From: Batkoa obscura
Taxonomy: Eukaryota
Length of the DNA: 64,000 bases
Assembly: GCA_030770535.1 (NCBI GenBank)
Contig: JASVEC010000002.1
Span: forward strand, 930,001 to 994,000
Direction: 5' to 3'
Below are positions 23,775 through 34,006 of this stretch, one piece after another. The notes under the pieces are model-generated. The model was not told the DNA's origin and made no database searches. It saw only the letters and a program-made list of their open reading frames with translations. The stretch's first letter is position 1; the number at the start of each line of letters is the position of its first letter. Both the position numbers and the translations under genes were made by a program.

Positions 23775-24443
23775 ATGTCAACGTTACCACCAGAGTATAA
23801 TGAAATAACCCAAGAAGTGAAAAAGAAAAAGAAGTTTATAATCTACTATAAGGAAGATGGTCAATATTTAGTAGCTAAAGATGAAGGAACTGATCAAATT
23901 AAATATAAGTTTTATACACAAAACAATGGTAGTGAATATTACTTAAAGGATGTAAATAATGATAACTTGTTAAGTTTTACTAAAAGAGATATTATGAGTA
24001 ACGAACCTAAATTAACTATCTATAACTATAAAGAAAAAGAGAATAATAACTATAACTCAATGGTAGTAACTATGAATAAAACAGTCAATTTAGTATTAAC
24101 TGACCATGATGACAACCAATTTGAATACGTTCTAAATGATACAAAACAAAGCGCTGAGATTATAGCTTTAAACTCAACATCATCAAAAGATGAACCATTG
24201 GTTGAGTTTAGTAGTAAAATTAAATTAGATGGAAATAAAATTGCTAAAGTAAAGTTCAACTTTAATTTTATCCCACTTTTAGAGTGTCTATTTATGGGGT
24301 TATTGTTTATGAAGGCCAATTCTATCATTAAACAAAAATTAAAGGATATAAAAAATAGTCTAATCGGATGGAGGATTAACATTGAAGCTACAAAGCGCAA
24401 ACGTTTCTTATCTGGTGAGACTCGAAATTTTTTTGATTTTTAA
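23775..24443 (+). CDS. Hypothetical protein, paralog copy 2
   Basis: Intact 222-aa ORF, inverted paralog of 6837-7511. Confidence 0.75.
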   Translation: MSTLPPEYNEITQEVKKKKKFIIYYKEDGQYLVAKDEGTDQIKYKFYTQNNGSEYYLKDVNNDNLLSFTKRDIMSNEPKLTIYNYKEKENNNYNSMVVTMNKTVNLVLTDHDDNQFEYVLNDTKQSAEIIALNSTSSKDEPLVEFSSKIKLDGNKIAKVKFNFNFIPLLECLFMGLLFMKANSIIKQKLKDIKNSLIGWRINIEATKRKRFLSGETRNFFDF

Positions 24444-24474
24444 ATATCAATGAACATAAAGCTTTTTAGTATAT

Positions 24475-24573
24475 GGGGATGTATTTTTATGTTTAAGAAT
24501 TTCAGTGATGGTTTTTCCATTTAAATAACGCTTAAAAGATAAAAAAAGTAATGGAGCCAAAAAAAACACCCCC
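24475..24573 (+). mobile_element. ~98-bp MITE whose right end is the Gypsy target site
   Basis: TSD ATAT is restored when the LTR element is removed. Confidence 0.9.
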
Positions 24574-24576
24574 ATA

Positions 24577-24976
24577 TGTGAAATATCGCTTTGTCAGTCC
24601 CATGGTTAATTATTTTGATTTGTTATGAGAATTTCTAGTTCCACCCAAAAGAATATTATCTTCTCATTTTGATACTTATACTTTTCAGAGTATAAAAGAG
24701 TTTACAGAATATAATAGTTCGAGGCTTTTTAACTGAATTAATCCCTGATATCTCGAACATTTAATAAAGCCACTAAGTTTTCTTAATAGTATTTTACATA
24801 GATTTTACATTAGTATTGTCTATTCTATTTGTCTTATATAGCTTGTAACCTATTACGTGCTATTCCTCATAACCCAAGTCTATCTTAGTCACATAAACTA
24901 AGACCTTTTGACTTATAGTGTAGTCAACCCAGCAATAGCTGTTCTTGACTCCAAACCCTGAGTACCAGATTTCACA
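24577..24976 (+). repeat. 5' LTR
   Basis: TG...CA ends with an 8-bp inverted repeat. No differences from the 3' LTR found by eye. Confidence 0.97.
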
Positions 24977-24978
24977 TT

Positions 24979-24996
24979 TGGCGCTCATAACTGGGA
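24979..24996 (+). promoter_or_regulatory. tRNA primer-binding site (PBS)
   Basis: TGGCGCTCATAACTGGGA lies 2 nt after the LTR and is complementary to a tRNA 3' end (...TATGAGC G CCA). Confidence 0.8.
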
Positions 24997-25105
24997 AAGC
25001 TCTTATAACTATTTTAGATAGCCTTTATAATCTTTCCTTTACGGTCCTTACCGCGTAACCACCCCAAACAAAGAAAAACCCCCTTAACCTCCTTAATTCT
25101 CAACT

Positions 25106-27622
25106 ATGGTCGACAATGGTCTTGTACCTTATTTTGCGGACTCAAAATACCTTCTTGATAACCGTCAACAGTTGATCATCACTGAATACGACATGGGTAG
25201 TAGTGATGAAGAGGAAGCTAGTGTTCTGACCCCAGAAATAGAAACTGCTGCTTTAAATCAAGCTGCACTACCTCCTCACGTTGTAAACTCAGTCGTTACC
25301 TACGGAGCTGTCCCTATGCACGTCCTTGATGGTGACCTCTCCGCTTGGAGACAATACCAAAATAGTGGCTCCAGTACTCAAATCAATTTTCGTGCCCAGT
25401 ACCAAACGGTACCTACCCTTTCCCACGTTCAACAATATCTAGTAGAGTTCCTGCACAACAAACTCATCCAGATGGTTGGTGAACTCGACCGTCTTTCAAT
25501 TCATAACAATGAATTGTCTACCTCTTTAAGCTCACTTTTAGCTACGGTTAACAACCTTTCCATGATCAGTAACCAAAAGAGTGGTGTCATCGCCCCTTCA
25601 AATGAACTCCATGTTAGTAAGTTAAATGAGCTCAATCAAAGACTCAATAACACCGTTACCTATGAAGCCCACAGAGAGTTAGTAAGAGAAGTAGGAGATC
25701 TCAAAGCTGAATTACGTCAGCTCGATACTGCTCTACATTCTGAACTTGTTAAAATCTCCGATGAGATCAACCTTTCCCTCACTGAGATCAATGACCATAC
25801 TACTGAAAGAATCTCAGATATTGACGGAAAAACAAAAGCCACTTTCGCAGAACTCCACAGATCGCTAATGAATAAATTCAAAGAGTATAATCACCGCTTA
25901 TCCTGTATTGAACAATCCCCTCCATCTACTTCAACCAAAGATGCTAGAATCTTGGCTTTAGAACAAGATTTAGCTGTTTGTAATGAACAAATGGCTCAAC
26001 AAGTGACTACCATTAGCCAGCTTATCACCTCCAATAATAATTTGAAGGAACAAATTAGACTGGACAAAGAACAAACAGTAGTTGACTGGGAGGAAATCTC
26101 GCGTAACATACAGAGTACCAGAGAAGAGCTCATTCTTCTTCAGACTAAGGTAGCTTCAAATACTAACCAAATCAAGGCATCTTCTTGCAATTGTAGAAAG
26201 GAGCGTATTGCTGTTTCAGCACCTCCCTCCAGACTCTCGAGTTACAGAGACGTTCCAAGATACAATATGTATGATCTGGGTGATAGTGCCACAGAATCTA
26301 TCTTTGGTACTGAATATCAAATAAACCATAAGTATCATGGGTCTGTTCACTTGGTACAACCGGATGATCAAACAAAGAAAGAAGAGAACTCTCCCCAAGT
26401 TTCCACATACCTACCCCAATCAAATCCTAGAATGACTGCTGTACCTACTGATGGTATTTACTCAAGAAATCCTGCTACAGGATCTAACGCTGATCCAATA
26501 CGACCTCGTGTACAATCTTATGCTGAAGTCAACCTAGCCAATCCTTTTAACAAAAATAAGTCATCACATATTGCCCCTCAAATCGCTCAACATATACCCT
26601 ATGAGAAATCTTCACCTCACTACGTACAAGCCGATCCGATTACTGTTCAACATGATCATGGTATATCACACAATACCCATGACGCTTATTTTAGTCATCC
26701 TGGACCTTCTGGTAACGATCCAAAATCACATAGCTTCTCAACACACCGCCACAACTACCCAAGAAGCTCCCAACCTGTTAACACAAAGTTTAATTTTAGT
26801 CTTTTATTCAATCCAAGTGAAATTACTGCTACTACCTTCATTAAAGCTCTAGAAGTTCATCTCGATGCTAACAACTGGACCTATGAATGTCGTCCTCAAT
26901 GCCTTTTAGGTCAACTACAAACAAATGAACTTTCTTGGTGCATGACTTTACCTGACGACTTACGCAGTAATTGGGATTCCTTCAAAAAGGCGTTTATAGA
27001 CCATTATGATTCCGATGTAAAAATGGAAGCAAAAAAGGCAGCCCTCTTATCTTTACGTTTAGACGACGAAAATAAACTTGAGAGTTTCATTACAAACGTA
27101 AGAAATCGTGCTAATGCCTTAATTTCCTGTGGAAAGTTAAGCGTTACAGACCTCCGCCTGGCCTTCCAGCGAAACCTTCCAAGTCATATCGCATGCCTTT
27201 TTCTAGATCCTCACCATAACATCACCAACGTTACACAGATGATAGAGATTTTAGAATTATACCTTGGAAGTCCAAAAAGTGAAGTTAGACCCAAGAAATT
27301 ATATGTTAATCACATAGATAAAGGGATGGACAACAACGAATACCTTCATTGTTTTACCATCACTCAACAACACTACTCCAACCATCGTAAATCTCGAGTA
27401 TTTACTGGATGCTGGAACTGTGGTGAATATGGACACATTACCGTTAACTGCACTGAACCAAAGCCAGAAAATGGTATTTTTAAATATTATTTCGAAAAGA
27501 ATGTTCGCAACAATGAACGTTTCAATAAAAATAAACAAATAAATCACCTCAATTATAACGATACTGAAGGCGATGATACTGAGAAGTTTGTCGACTCCGA
27601 TAACGAGTCAAAAAACTTCTAA
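25106..27622 (+). CDS. gag: Gag (838 aa) with a long N-terminal coiled-coil region
   Basis: Retrotrans_gag-like segment (LSWCMTLP...NWDSFKKAFIDHY) and CCHC knuckle CWNCGEYGHITVNC. Confidence 0.9.
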   Translation: MVDNGLVPYFADSKYLLDNRQQLIITEYDMGSSDEEEASVLTPEIETAALNQAALPPHVVNSVVTYGAVPMHVLDGDLSAWRQYQNSGSSTQINFRAQYQTVPTLSHVQQYLVEFLHNKLIQMVGELDRLSIHNNELSTSLSSLLATVNNLSMISNQKSGVIAPSNELHVSKLNELNQRLNNTVTYEAHRELVREVGDLKAELRQLDTALHSELVKISDEINLSLTEINDHTTERISDIDGKTKATFAELHRSLMNKFKEYNHRLSCIEQSPPSTSTKDARILALEQDLAVCNEQMAQQVTTISQLITSNNNLKEQIRLDKEQTVVDWEEISRNIQSTREELILLQTKVASNTNQIKASSCNCRKERIAVSAPPSRLSSYRDVPRYNMYDLGDSATESIFGTEYQINHKYHGSVHLVQPDDQTKKEENSPQVSTYLPQSNPRMTAVPTDGIYSRNPATGSNADPIRPRVQSYAEVNLANPFNKNKSSHIAPQIAQHIPYEKSSPHYVQADPITVQHDHGISHNTHDAYFSHPGPSGNDPKSHSFSTHRHNYPRSSQPVNTKFNFSLLFNPSEITATTFIKALEVHLDANNWTYECRPQCLLGQLQTNELSWCMTLPDDLRSNWDSFKKAFIDHYDSDVKMEAKKAALLSLRLDDENKLESFITNVRNRANALISCGKLSVTDLRLAFQRNLPSHIACLFLDPHHNITNVTQMIEILELYLGSPKSEVRPKKLYVNHIDKGMDNNEYLHCFTITQQHYSNHRKSRVFTGCWNCGEYGHITVNCTEPKPENGIFKYYFEKNVRNNERFNKNKQINHLNYNDTEGDDTEKFVDSDNESKNF

Positions 27623-30600
27623 GTGGGAGGATAAATGAGGATCCCCCTTCCACGAAGTTAAAAATTCCTCCTGATCCAGATGATAGCACTGGATTAGACC
27701 TTAAAGTTAATACGCTTTCAAAATTTGACCCCTCTACCCTCATCCTAGCACTTCCTTCGCGAATTCGTGGTAGACCTAAAAAGAAAAGAGTTCCTGTTGT
27801 GGAAATCCCTAAAGTCATTCCACCTCGAATTTTCAAGCTACCTGATAACTCTATTAATGCTCCTGATTCGATTCCAATGAACGAGATCTCCAAACCTTAC
27901 ATCTCACAATTATCCGATTTATCTAAACTATCCCTCACACAAAGCGAACTAGATAACACGCATCAGTGGTTAACCAATGTTACGATCCCAATCCCGCTAG
28001 ACAAGATCTTAACTGGAGAATCAGACTTAGCAATTGCATTTAGAAAAATTATTAGAGAATACCAGAATCCAAATAAACAGATTCTTTTAGTAAACCTCGA
28101 TGACAAAGCTAACTCCATCGATTGTACTTACATCAATGCGTCAATTTATAAAAAGAATGTACGCATCATATTAGATAGTGGAGCTCCTATCAATTTCATA
28201 TCGAGTCGTCTGGTAAAACGATTATCCTTTAAACCAGATATAGATTGCTCAGACACCTTTGGTACAGCTGGAACTGGAACTACTACAGCGCTAGGAGCAT
28301 ACTCATCAATACCAATCAAATTTGGAAAACTAACCTTAGCCTTTCCAGCAATAGTATTAGAAAGTGAAGGTTATGACTTCCTCCTAGGCACCGAATTCTT
28401 TGTGAAACACGGTTGTCAATTGTTGTACGATCAAAATATCTTAAAAATATTAGATCAATCCATCCCAATGTACTACAATAAACCAAGAGACCTATCTATC
28501 AATATGATAAACAATAAATCTCCTGGCTGCCGTATAATGAACTATCGGACCAACAATAAATTAATTGATGTCACTCTCTGCGGATCAGAATCCGTAATTC
28601 ATCAATATCCAGAGATAGCATATAAACAGTCTGGAATTCCCGTTATTTCTCCTAAGAACTTATTAATACCGCCTAAGTCACAGATAGTATTAGATACTGA
28701 GATCTCACTATGGATACCTAAGGAATTCCATTTATCTATATATAGTATAGAAGGTGTCTCACAATTAGAACCACTAACTATGCCCGGAATTTTAGGCAAC
28801 AACATGAATGAGACTATCAAGTTATTACTTGCAAACATTACCAAAAAAGAAATCAATATCTCTAGAGGCCAACAGATTGGCACGATATACGTAGAAAACA
28901 ACGCCTTGATTAATACTTTCAGTAAATTTGCAACACTAGAAGAATTTCAAATTCACGAAGAGGCCCCAAATAACCAAGCCCTTTTTGTGGAAAAAGACAC
29001 TATTAACCATCTAAACCAAGATGAACAACTCCAATTTTATAAATTGCTGGAGGAATATAAAGACATATTCGCAACTTCAGAAGAAGATATTGGTTGCGCT
29101 CGCAATACTAAACATAAAGTATATACATGTGATTCATTACCCGTCGCAACTAAAGCATATCGTAAATCTCAATCTGAACTCAAAGCAGAACGAGAAGAAG
29201 TTCAAAAACTCTTAAGGCTAGGTTTAATCATTCCTTCAAATAGTCCATGGGCCTCCCCCCTTATGATCGTTAAGAAAAAAGATGGAACTAATAGAGTAGT
29301 TATGGACTATAGAAAGCTTAACAAAATCACAAAGAAAGATGTATACCCTCTACCCAGAATAGACGATGCGGTTGACCGATTACAAGGTGCTAAATACTTT
29401 TCAGCAATGGATTTAATCTCAGGATACTGGCAGGTAGAAATGGATCCAGAAGACCAAGAAAAGTGCGCTTTAATAACTTCTGAAGGACTATTTCAACCAA
29501 CTAGGATGCCACAAGGCCTTTCGAACGCTCCCGCTACATTCCAGCGTCTTATGGATAATACACTAGGTGACCTTAAACTTTCGTGCGTATTAATTTACTT
29601 AGATGACTTGAATGTGTTTTCAAGAACTTTTATAGATCACTTAACTCATCTTAAAGCAGTATTTGAGCGCCTCCGTCAAGCCAATCTAAAGTTAAAACCA
29701 AAGAAGTGTTCATTCTTCCAAACTAGTTTGGAATTTCTAGGCTATAAAGTCTCTGACAAAGGACTAGCCCCTATTCCAAATAAACTAGATGCAGTGAAGG
29801 AGCTTCTCCCCCCAACTACGATGCGGGAGGTACAAGTATTCCTTGGATTAATGAATTATTATCGAAGGTTTATAAAAGACTTTTCGAATTTAGCTACCCC
29901 ACTGTTCCAATTACTAAAGAAAGAAGTCAAGTTTCAATGGAAGGAAGAACACCAACAAGCTTTTGAAGAGCTTCGCAACAAGCTGCTTAACGCCCCAGTA
30001 TTGATGTTTCCAAATTTCTCAAAGCCCTTCTCACTACATACTGACGCTAGTCTAACTGCAGTTGGAGGTGTTTTAAGTCAACTCGATGATAACAATTGTG
30101 AACACCCAATAGCCTATACCTCTAGGACCTTGTCGAAACACGAAAGGAACTACACTACAACAGAGAAAGAATGCCTTGCAATTATTCATGCTATAAAGGC
30201 ATTTAGACCGTATATCTACGGCACTCACTTTACTGTTATTACTGATCATGTTTCCCTAAAATGGTTGTATTCAATCACTAATCCTGAAGGACGTTTAGCT
30301 AGGTGGGCTCTAAAACTACAATCGTATAGTTTTGATATAGTATATAAACCAGGTAAAGATCATCAAAATGCAGATGGGCTTAGCAGGTTACCCAGAATTT
30401 GTCTAGCTACCCCCATAGATGATGATTTGTACAATCTATTGGGTAATAAAGATAAATGGCCGCAGCAGCAGCCTGAACTCAAACAATGGCTTGAGAAAAA
30501 CGCTCAAAATATCATTGTAAGAGATAATGCCTTGTATAAAAAGATTAAGGGAACATATATTCCATATATTAGGCCTTCTTCACGACTATCTGCATGCCAA

Positions 30601-31632
30601 CAATTCCATGATGTAATCTGTGGACATTCAGCCTTCCAAAAAACATACGATACTATGAAAGTCTCCTGCTATTGGGAATCAATGATACCAGATTTGGAAG
30701 ACTTTATAAATAATTGCGATGTTTGCAAGAGGGAACAAAGTAAAATAAAAGCTACAGCCTATAAGTTTATTTTACCTAAACATGCATTTCACACGGTAAG
30801 TATAGATGTAATAGGTCCTCTCTGTGAGGCCTCCTCGGTAAGAGGGAACAAATTTATTGTTGTAGCTATCGACCATCTAACTAAGTGGGTTGAAGCAAAA
30901 GCAATACCAAATCAGACTTCCTTTCACATATCTAAATTTATATACGAGGATATTATTTGTAGGCATGGAAGCCCTCAGGTGATACTTACTGATAACGCTG
31001 CCAATTTTGTTAACCTGGTTCTCCCGAAATTAGCTAGACTAATGGCCATAAAGCATTCTACTGCAGCTCCATATCATCCTGAAACTAACGGAATGGTTGA
31101 GAGAGTAAACGGTACACTAGTACGTATATTAAGGAAGCTGGCTTTCGATAAAACTAGCTCTTGGGATGAATATCTACATTCTGCTATTTTAGCATATAGA
31201 TATTCAGTACATAGTATTACCAAAAAATCCCCTTTTGTTATGCTTTATGGGAGACATCCGGGACTCCCCATATCATTCGCTCCTTTGATAGTTAGACAAG
31301 AAGAGATGAGTCCTGACATGTACTTGCTTAAGCTAACAAAAAAACTAATAGCTATCCAAGTTGACGCCTTTAATGCATTGACAGACTCGAAAACAAGGAG
31401 GTATCGACAAGACATTTCTCGACTTCCTCGTCTAGCTGTCTTCAAAGTAGGTGATATCGTTCATCTGTACCCTTCCTATAATCAATCTAGAAAAAATAAA
31501 CTAGCATTGAAATGGGATGGACCATATGAAGTCATACATAAACACTTGTATGATAGCTATTCAATTAAACATAAACGAACAAGCGTTATATATAACCGAG
31601 TCCATGCCAAGTTTCTCAAATCAGCAATGTGA
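27604..31632 (+). CDS. pol: Pol: aspartic protease, dUTPase-like domain, RT, RNase H, integrase (expressed by frameshift)
   Basis: ILDSGA protease; YLDD RT; TDAS/TDH RNase H; HHCC and DDE integrase; GPY motif. No chromodomain. Confidence 0.95.
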   Translation, partial: RVKKLLSGRINEDPPSTKLKIPPDPDDSTGLDLKVNTLSKFDPSTLILALPSRIRGRPKKKRVPVVEIPKVIPPRIFKLPDNSINAPDSIPMNEISKPYISQLSDLSKLSLTQSELDNTHQWLTNVTIPIPLDKILTGESDLAIAFRKIIREYQNPNKQILLVNLDDKANSIDCTYINASIYKKNVRIILDSGAPINFISSRLVKRLSFKPDIDCSDTFGTAGTGTTTALGAYSSIPIKFGKLTLAFPAIVLESEGYDFLLGTEFFVKHGCQLLYDQNILKILDQSIPMYYNKPRDLSINMINNKSPGCRIMNYRTNNKLIDVTLCGSESVIHQYPEIAYKQSGIPVISPKNLLIPPKSQIVLDTEISLWIPKEFHLSIYSIEGVSQLEPLTMPGILGNNMNETIKLLLANITKKEINISRGQQIGTIYVENNALINTFSKFATLEEFQIHEEAPNNQALFVEKDTINHLNQDEQLQFYKLLEEYKDIFATSEEDIGCARNTKHKVYTCDSLPVATKAYRKSQSELKAEREEVQKLLRLGLIIPSNSPWASPLMIVKKKDGTNRVVMDYRKLNKITKKDVYPLPRIDDAVDRLQGAKYFSAMDLISGYWQVEMDPEDQEKCALITSEGLFQPTRMPQGLSNAPATFQRLMDNTLGDLKLSCVLIYLDDLNVFSRTFIDHLTHLKAVFERLRQANLKLKPKKCSFFQTSLEFLGYKVSDKGLAPIPNKLDAVKELLPPTTMREVQVFLGLMNYYRRFIKDFSNLATPLFQLLKKEVKFQWKEEHQQAFEELRNKLLNAPVLMFPNFSKPFSLHTDASLTAVGGVLSQLDDNNCEHPIAYTSRTLSKHERNYTTTEKECLAIIHAIKAFRPYIYGTHFTVITDHVSLKWLYSITNPEGRLARWALKLQSYSFDIVYKPGKDHQNADGLSRLPRICLATPIDDDLYNLLGNKDKWPQQQPELKQWLEKNAQNIIVRDNALYKKIKGTYIPYIRPSSRLSACQQFHDVICGHSAFQKTYDTMKVSCYWESMIPDLEDFINNCDVCKREQSKIKATAYKFILPKHAFHTVSIDVIGPLCEASSVRGNKFIVVAIDHLTKWVEAKAIPNQTSFHISKFIYEDIICRHGSPQVILTDNAANFVNLVLPKLARLMAIKHSTAAPYHPETNGMVERVNGTLVRILRKLAFDKTSSWDEYLHSAILAYRYSVHSITKKSPFVMLYGRHPGLPISFAPLIVRQEEMSPDMYLLKLTKKLIAIQVDAFNALTDSKTRRYRQDISRLPRLAVFKVGDIVHLYPSYNQSRKNKLALKWDGPYEVIHKHLYDSYSIKHKRTSVIYNRVHAKFLKSAM
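27610..27653 (+). promoter_or_regulatory. -1 programmed ribosomal frameshift signal
   Basis: Slippery heptamer A AAA AAC (27610-27616) in the gag frame, a 6-nt spacer, then the stem GTGGGAGG/CCTTCCAC. The pol frame is -1 relative to gag and open from 27604. Confidence 0.8.
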
Positions 31633-31718
31633 TTCAATGAATACAATTTGTAACTAGTCAAATTCCATCTCATAGGTTCTCGGTAAGTAAGCCATAAAAA
31701 TTCACTATATCAAATCAT

Positions 31719-31729
31719 AGGGAGGGAAA
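31719..31729 (+). promoter_or_regulatory. Polypurine tract
   Basis: AGGGAGGGAAA abuts the 3' LTR. Confidence 0.85.
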
Positions 31730-32129
31730 TGTGAAATATCGCTTTGTCAGTCCCATGGTTAATTATTTTGATTTGTTATGAGAATTTCTAGTTCCACCCA
31801 AAAGAATATTATCTTCTCATTTTGATACTTATACTTTTCAGAGTATAAAAGAGTTTACAGAATATAATAGTTCGAGGCTTTTTAACTGAATTAATCCCTG
31901 ATATCTCGAACATTTAATAAAGCCACTAAGTTTTCTTAATAGTATTTTACATAGATTTTACATTAGTATTGTCTATTCTATTTGTCTTATATAGCTTGTA
32001 ACCTATTACGTGCTATTCCTCATAACCCAAGTCTATCTTAGTCACATAAACTAAGACCTTTTGACTTATAGTGTAGTCAACCCAGCAATAGCTGTTCTTG
32101 ACTCCAAACCCTGAGTACCAGATTTCACA
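31730..32129 (+). repeat. 3' LTR
   Basis: 400-bp direct repeat of 24577-24976. Confidence 0.97.
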
Positions 32130-32137
32130 CCATATGG

Positions 32138-32139
32138 TT

Positions 32140-32172
<33 letters not shown>

Positions 32173-32198
32173 ATTTTTTATTTTTTATTTTTTATTTA
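32138..32198. repeat. (TTTTTA)n microsatellite
   Basis: About nine imperfect units immediately after the LTR target-site duplication. Confidence 0.8.
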
Positions 32199-32539
32199 GT
32201 ATAAAACCAGTGTATTAAATGTTTAAAATGTCCAAGAGTCTATGAGATAAATAATAAATAAAAGTCTCTTATTGACTATAAAAGAAGAAGGTTGTAGTAA
32301 AATTTGATTAGTTTAATACATGTTTTTTGATATCAAATCCTGTCAAAATACTAATATAATTAGCTCCTAATATGTACTTCATTATATGATCAAAATCCTC
32401 AGTTCAATTGAGGCCAATTATACACTACAATGCCATTGACATTGAATTACTTTTAAAAAATCAATGTTGATTATGAAATATAGTAAATATGTTAATGAAA
32501 GGCTAAATAAGAACTACTACTAATATCATTTTAATATAT

Positions 32540-32638
32540 GGGAATGTATTTTTGTGTTTGAGAATTTTGCTAATAATTTTTCCACTCAAATAGCGCTTAA
32601 AGGATAGAAAAAGCAAAGAAGCCAAAAAAAACATTTTC
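32540..32638 (+). mobile_element. ~98-bp MITE
   Basis: TSD ATAT. Confidence 0.85.
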
Positions 32639-33048
32639 ATATACTTTTTAATTAAAAATTATGCTGTAAGTAATCATTTTTATTTATCATAGTATAATAC
32701 TTTAATTTGATTTTAATAAATAAAGCGTATTTTTATGTTGATAGATTATTGAACTCTATCCCTTATTTTTGATAAATCTTATAAATTGAATTAGATAAAT
32801 TATACGCCGACCTATGCTGACAACTAGTAATAATTAAGATTAGCAAAATGTTAAATATGTTTGAAGTAAAGATTACAAATAACCCACATATTAATTAATA
32901 AAAAGCGAACCGAATAAACTTGAGATTTATAAGATAACAAAACAAAGATAAAGGGTATATAAGTACAAGACAATTCTTTAAAATAACCGTTAAAAGACGA
33001 ATGAATTTTTATTAAAAGCCATTACTTTAGCCTACATTACTACTATTT

Positions 33049-33145
33049 GGGGATATATTTTTTGTTTAAGAACTATACTAACAATCTTTCCGCTCAAATA
33101 GCACTTAAAAAATGGAAAAGTAATGAAACCAAAAAAAACATCCCC
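33049..33145 (+). mobile_element. ~98-bp MITE
   Basis: TSD ATTT. Confidence 0.9.
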
Positions 33146-33911
33146 ATTTCTTCCCTTCCAGCATTAAGTAACACTCACTTGACCAAATAATATTTTAATT
33201 CTTTCTCACTTTGATACGAACATAATACTAGTTATAGCAATTTTAACACCAGATTTAATAGCTTTGATAATGAATTTAATCACTTCAATAACTTCAGTAA
33301 CTTCAATAACTTTGATGGCGGTTATAATAGACTGTATTTTTTTTCACATTTTGGTTTTTTTGGCTTCCTAATTATAGTCAACAACAATACTATAAACATT
33401 AATGTCAACAACTTCAATGCACACGAATTTGATCATAACAAATAAGCTACCATATTTAATGATAACATCCATAGTAAAAATGTTGATAATAATAATAATA
33501 TTAATAGTCATGATAGTACAACTATTATCTAAGTTTATAGTAATACTTAGAGTAAATATTGCATAACTTTATTTAATTACTTTTATAATCTATACTTCTT
33601 CTAATATGTTTATAAGTACTTGAGTATTATAAATATTTACTCTATTCTGGATTATGATTAGTAAAATATTTTGCTTAGTTAGTTTTAATTTTTTTAATCA
33701 GGCTAATACTAAATCAATTTATAAAGTAGTTTTAATAATCAAAGTAATTAATAACTTCATTTATAGAGTATTCCATATTCATACAAAAACTAATTTCTAT
33801 AGTTTGTAGCCAACTTTCACCTTAGTGATAATTTTAATTTTATTATAATACATTGCTATTTTAGCAATTTGATAACAATAGGTCTATAGAACTAATGTTT
33901 TTAAATGCTAT

Positions 33912-34006
33912 GAAGATATATTTTTTTGTTAAGAATTTTACTAACAGTTTTTCCACTCAAATAGTACTTAAAACAGAAAAAGTGATGAAACCAAAAAAGC
34001 ATCCCC
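33912..34006 (+). mobile_element. ~98-bp MITE (degenerate)
   Basis: Family core sequence and CATCCCC end. Confidence 0.8.

Larger units (their letters stand above)
24577..32129 (+). mobile_element. Complete Ty3/Gypsy LTR retrotransposon (7553 bp)
   Basis: Two 400-bp LTRs (TGTGAAAT...ATTTCACA), 5-bp TSD CCATA (24572-24576 and 32130-32134), primer-binding site, polypurine tract, and intact gag and pol in PR-RT-RH-IN order. Confidence 0.97.

Noticed and set aside
31400..31632. Chromodomain or env gene at the end of pol
   Set aside because: Pol ends shortly after the GPY motif and only ~90 bp separate it from the polypurine tract.
32290..32440. Possible RT relic on the minus strand (DHIMKYILGANYIS)
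   Set aside because: Too short and degenerate to call without a search.
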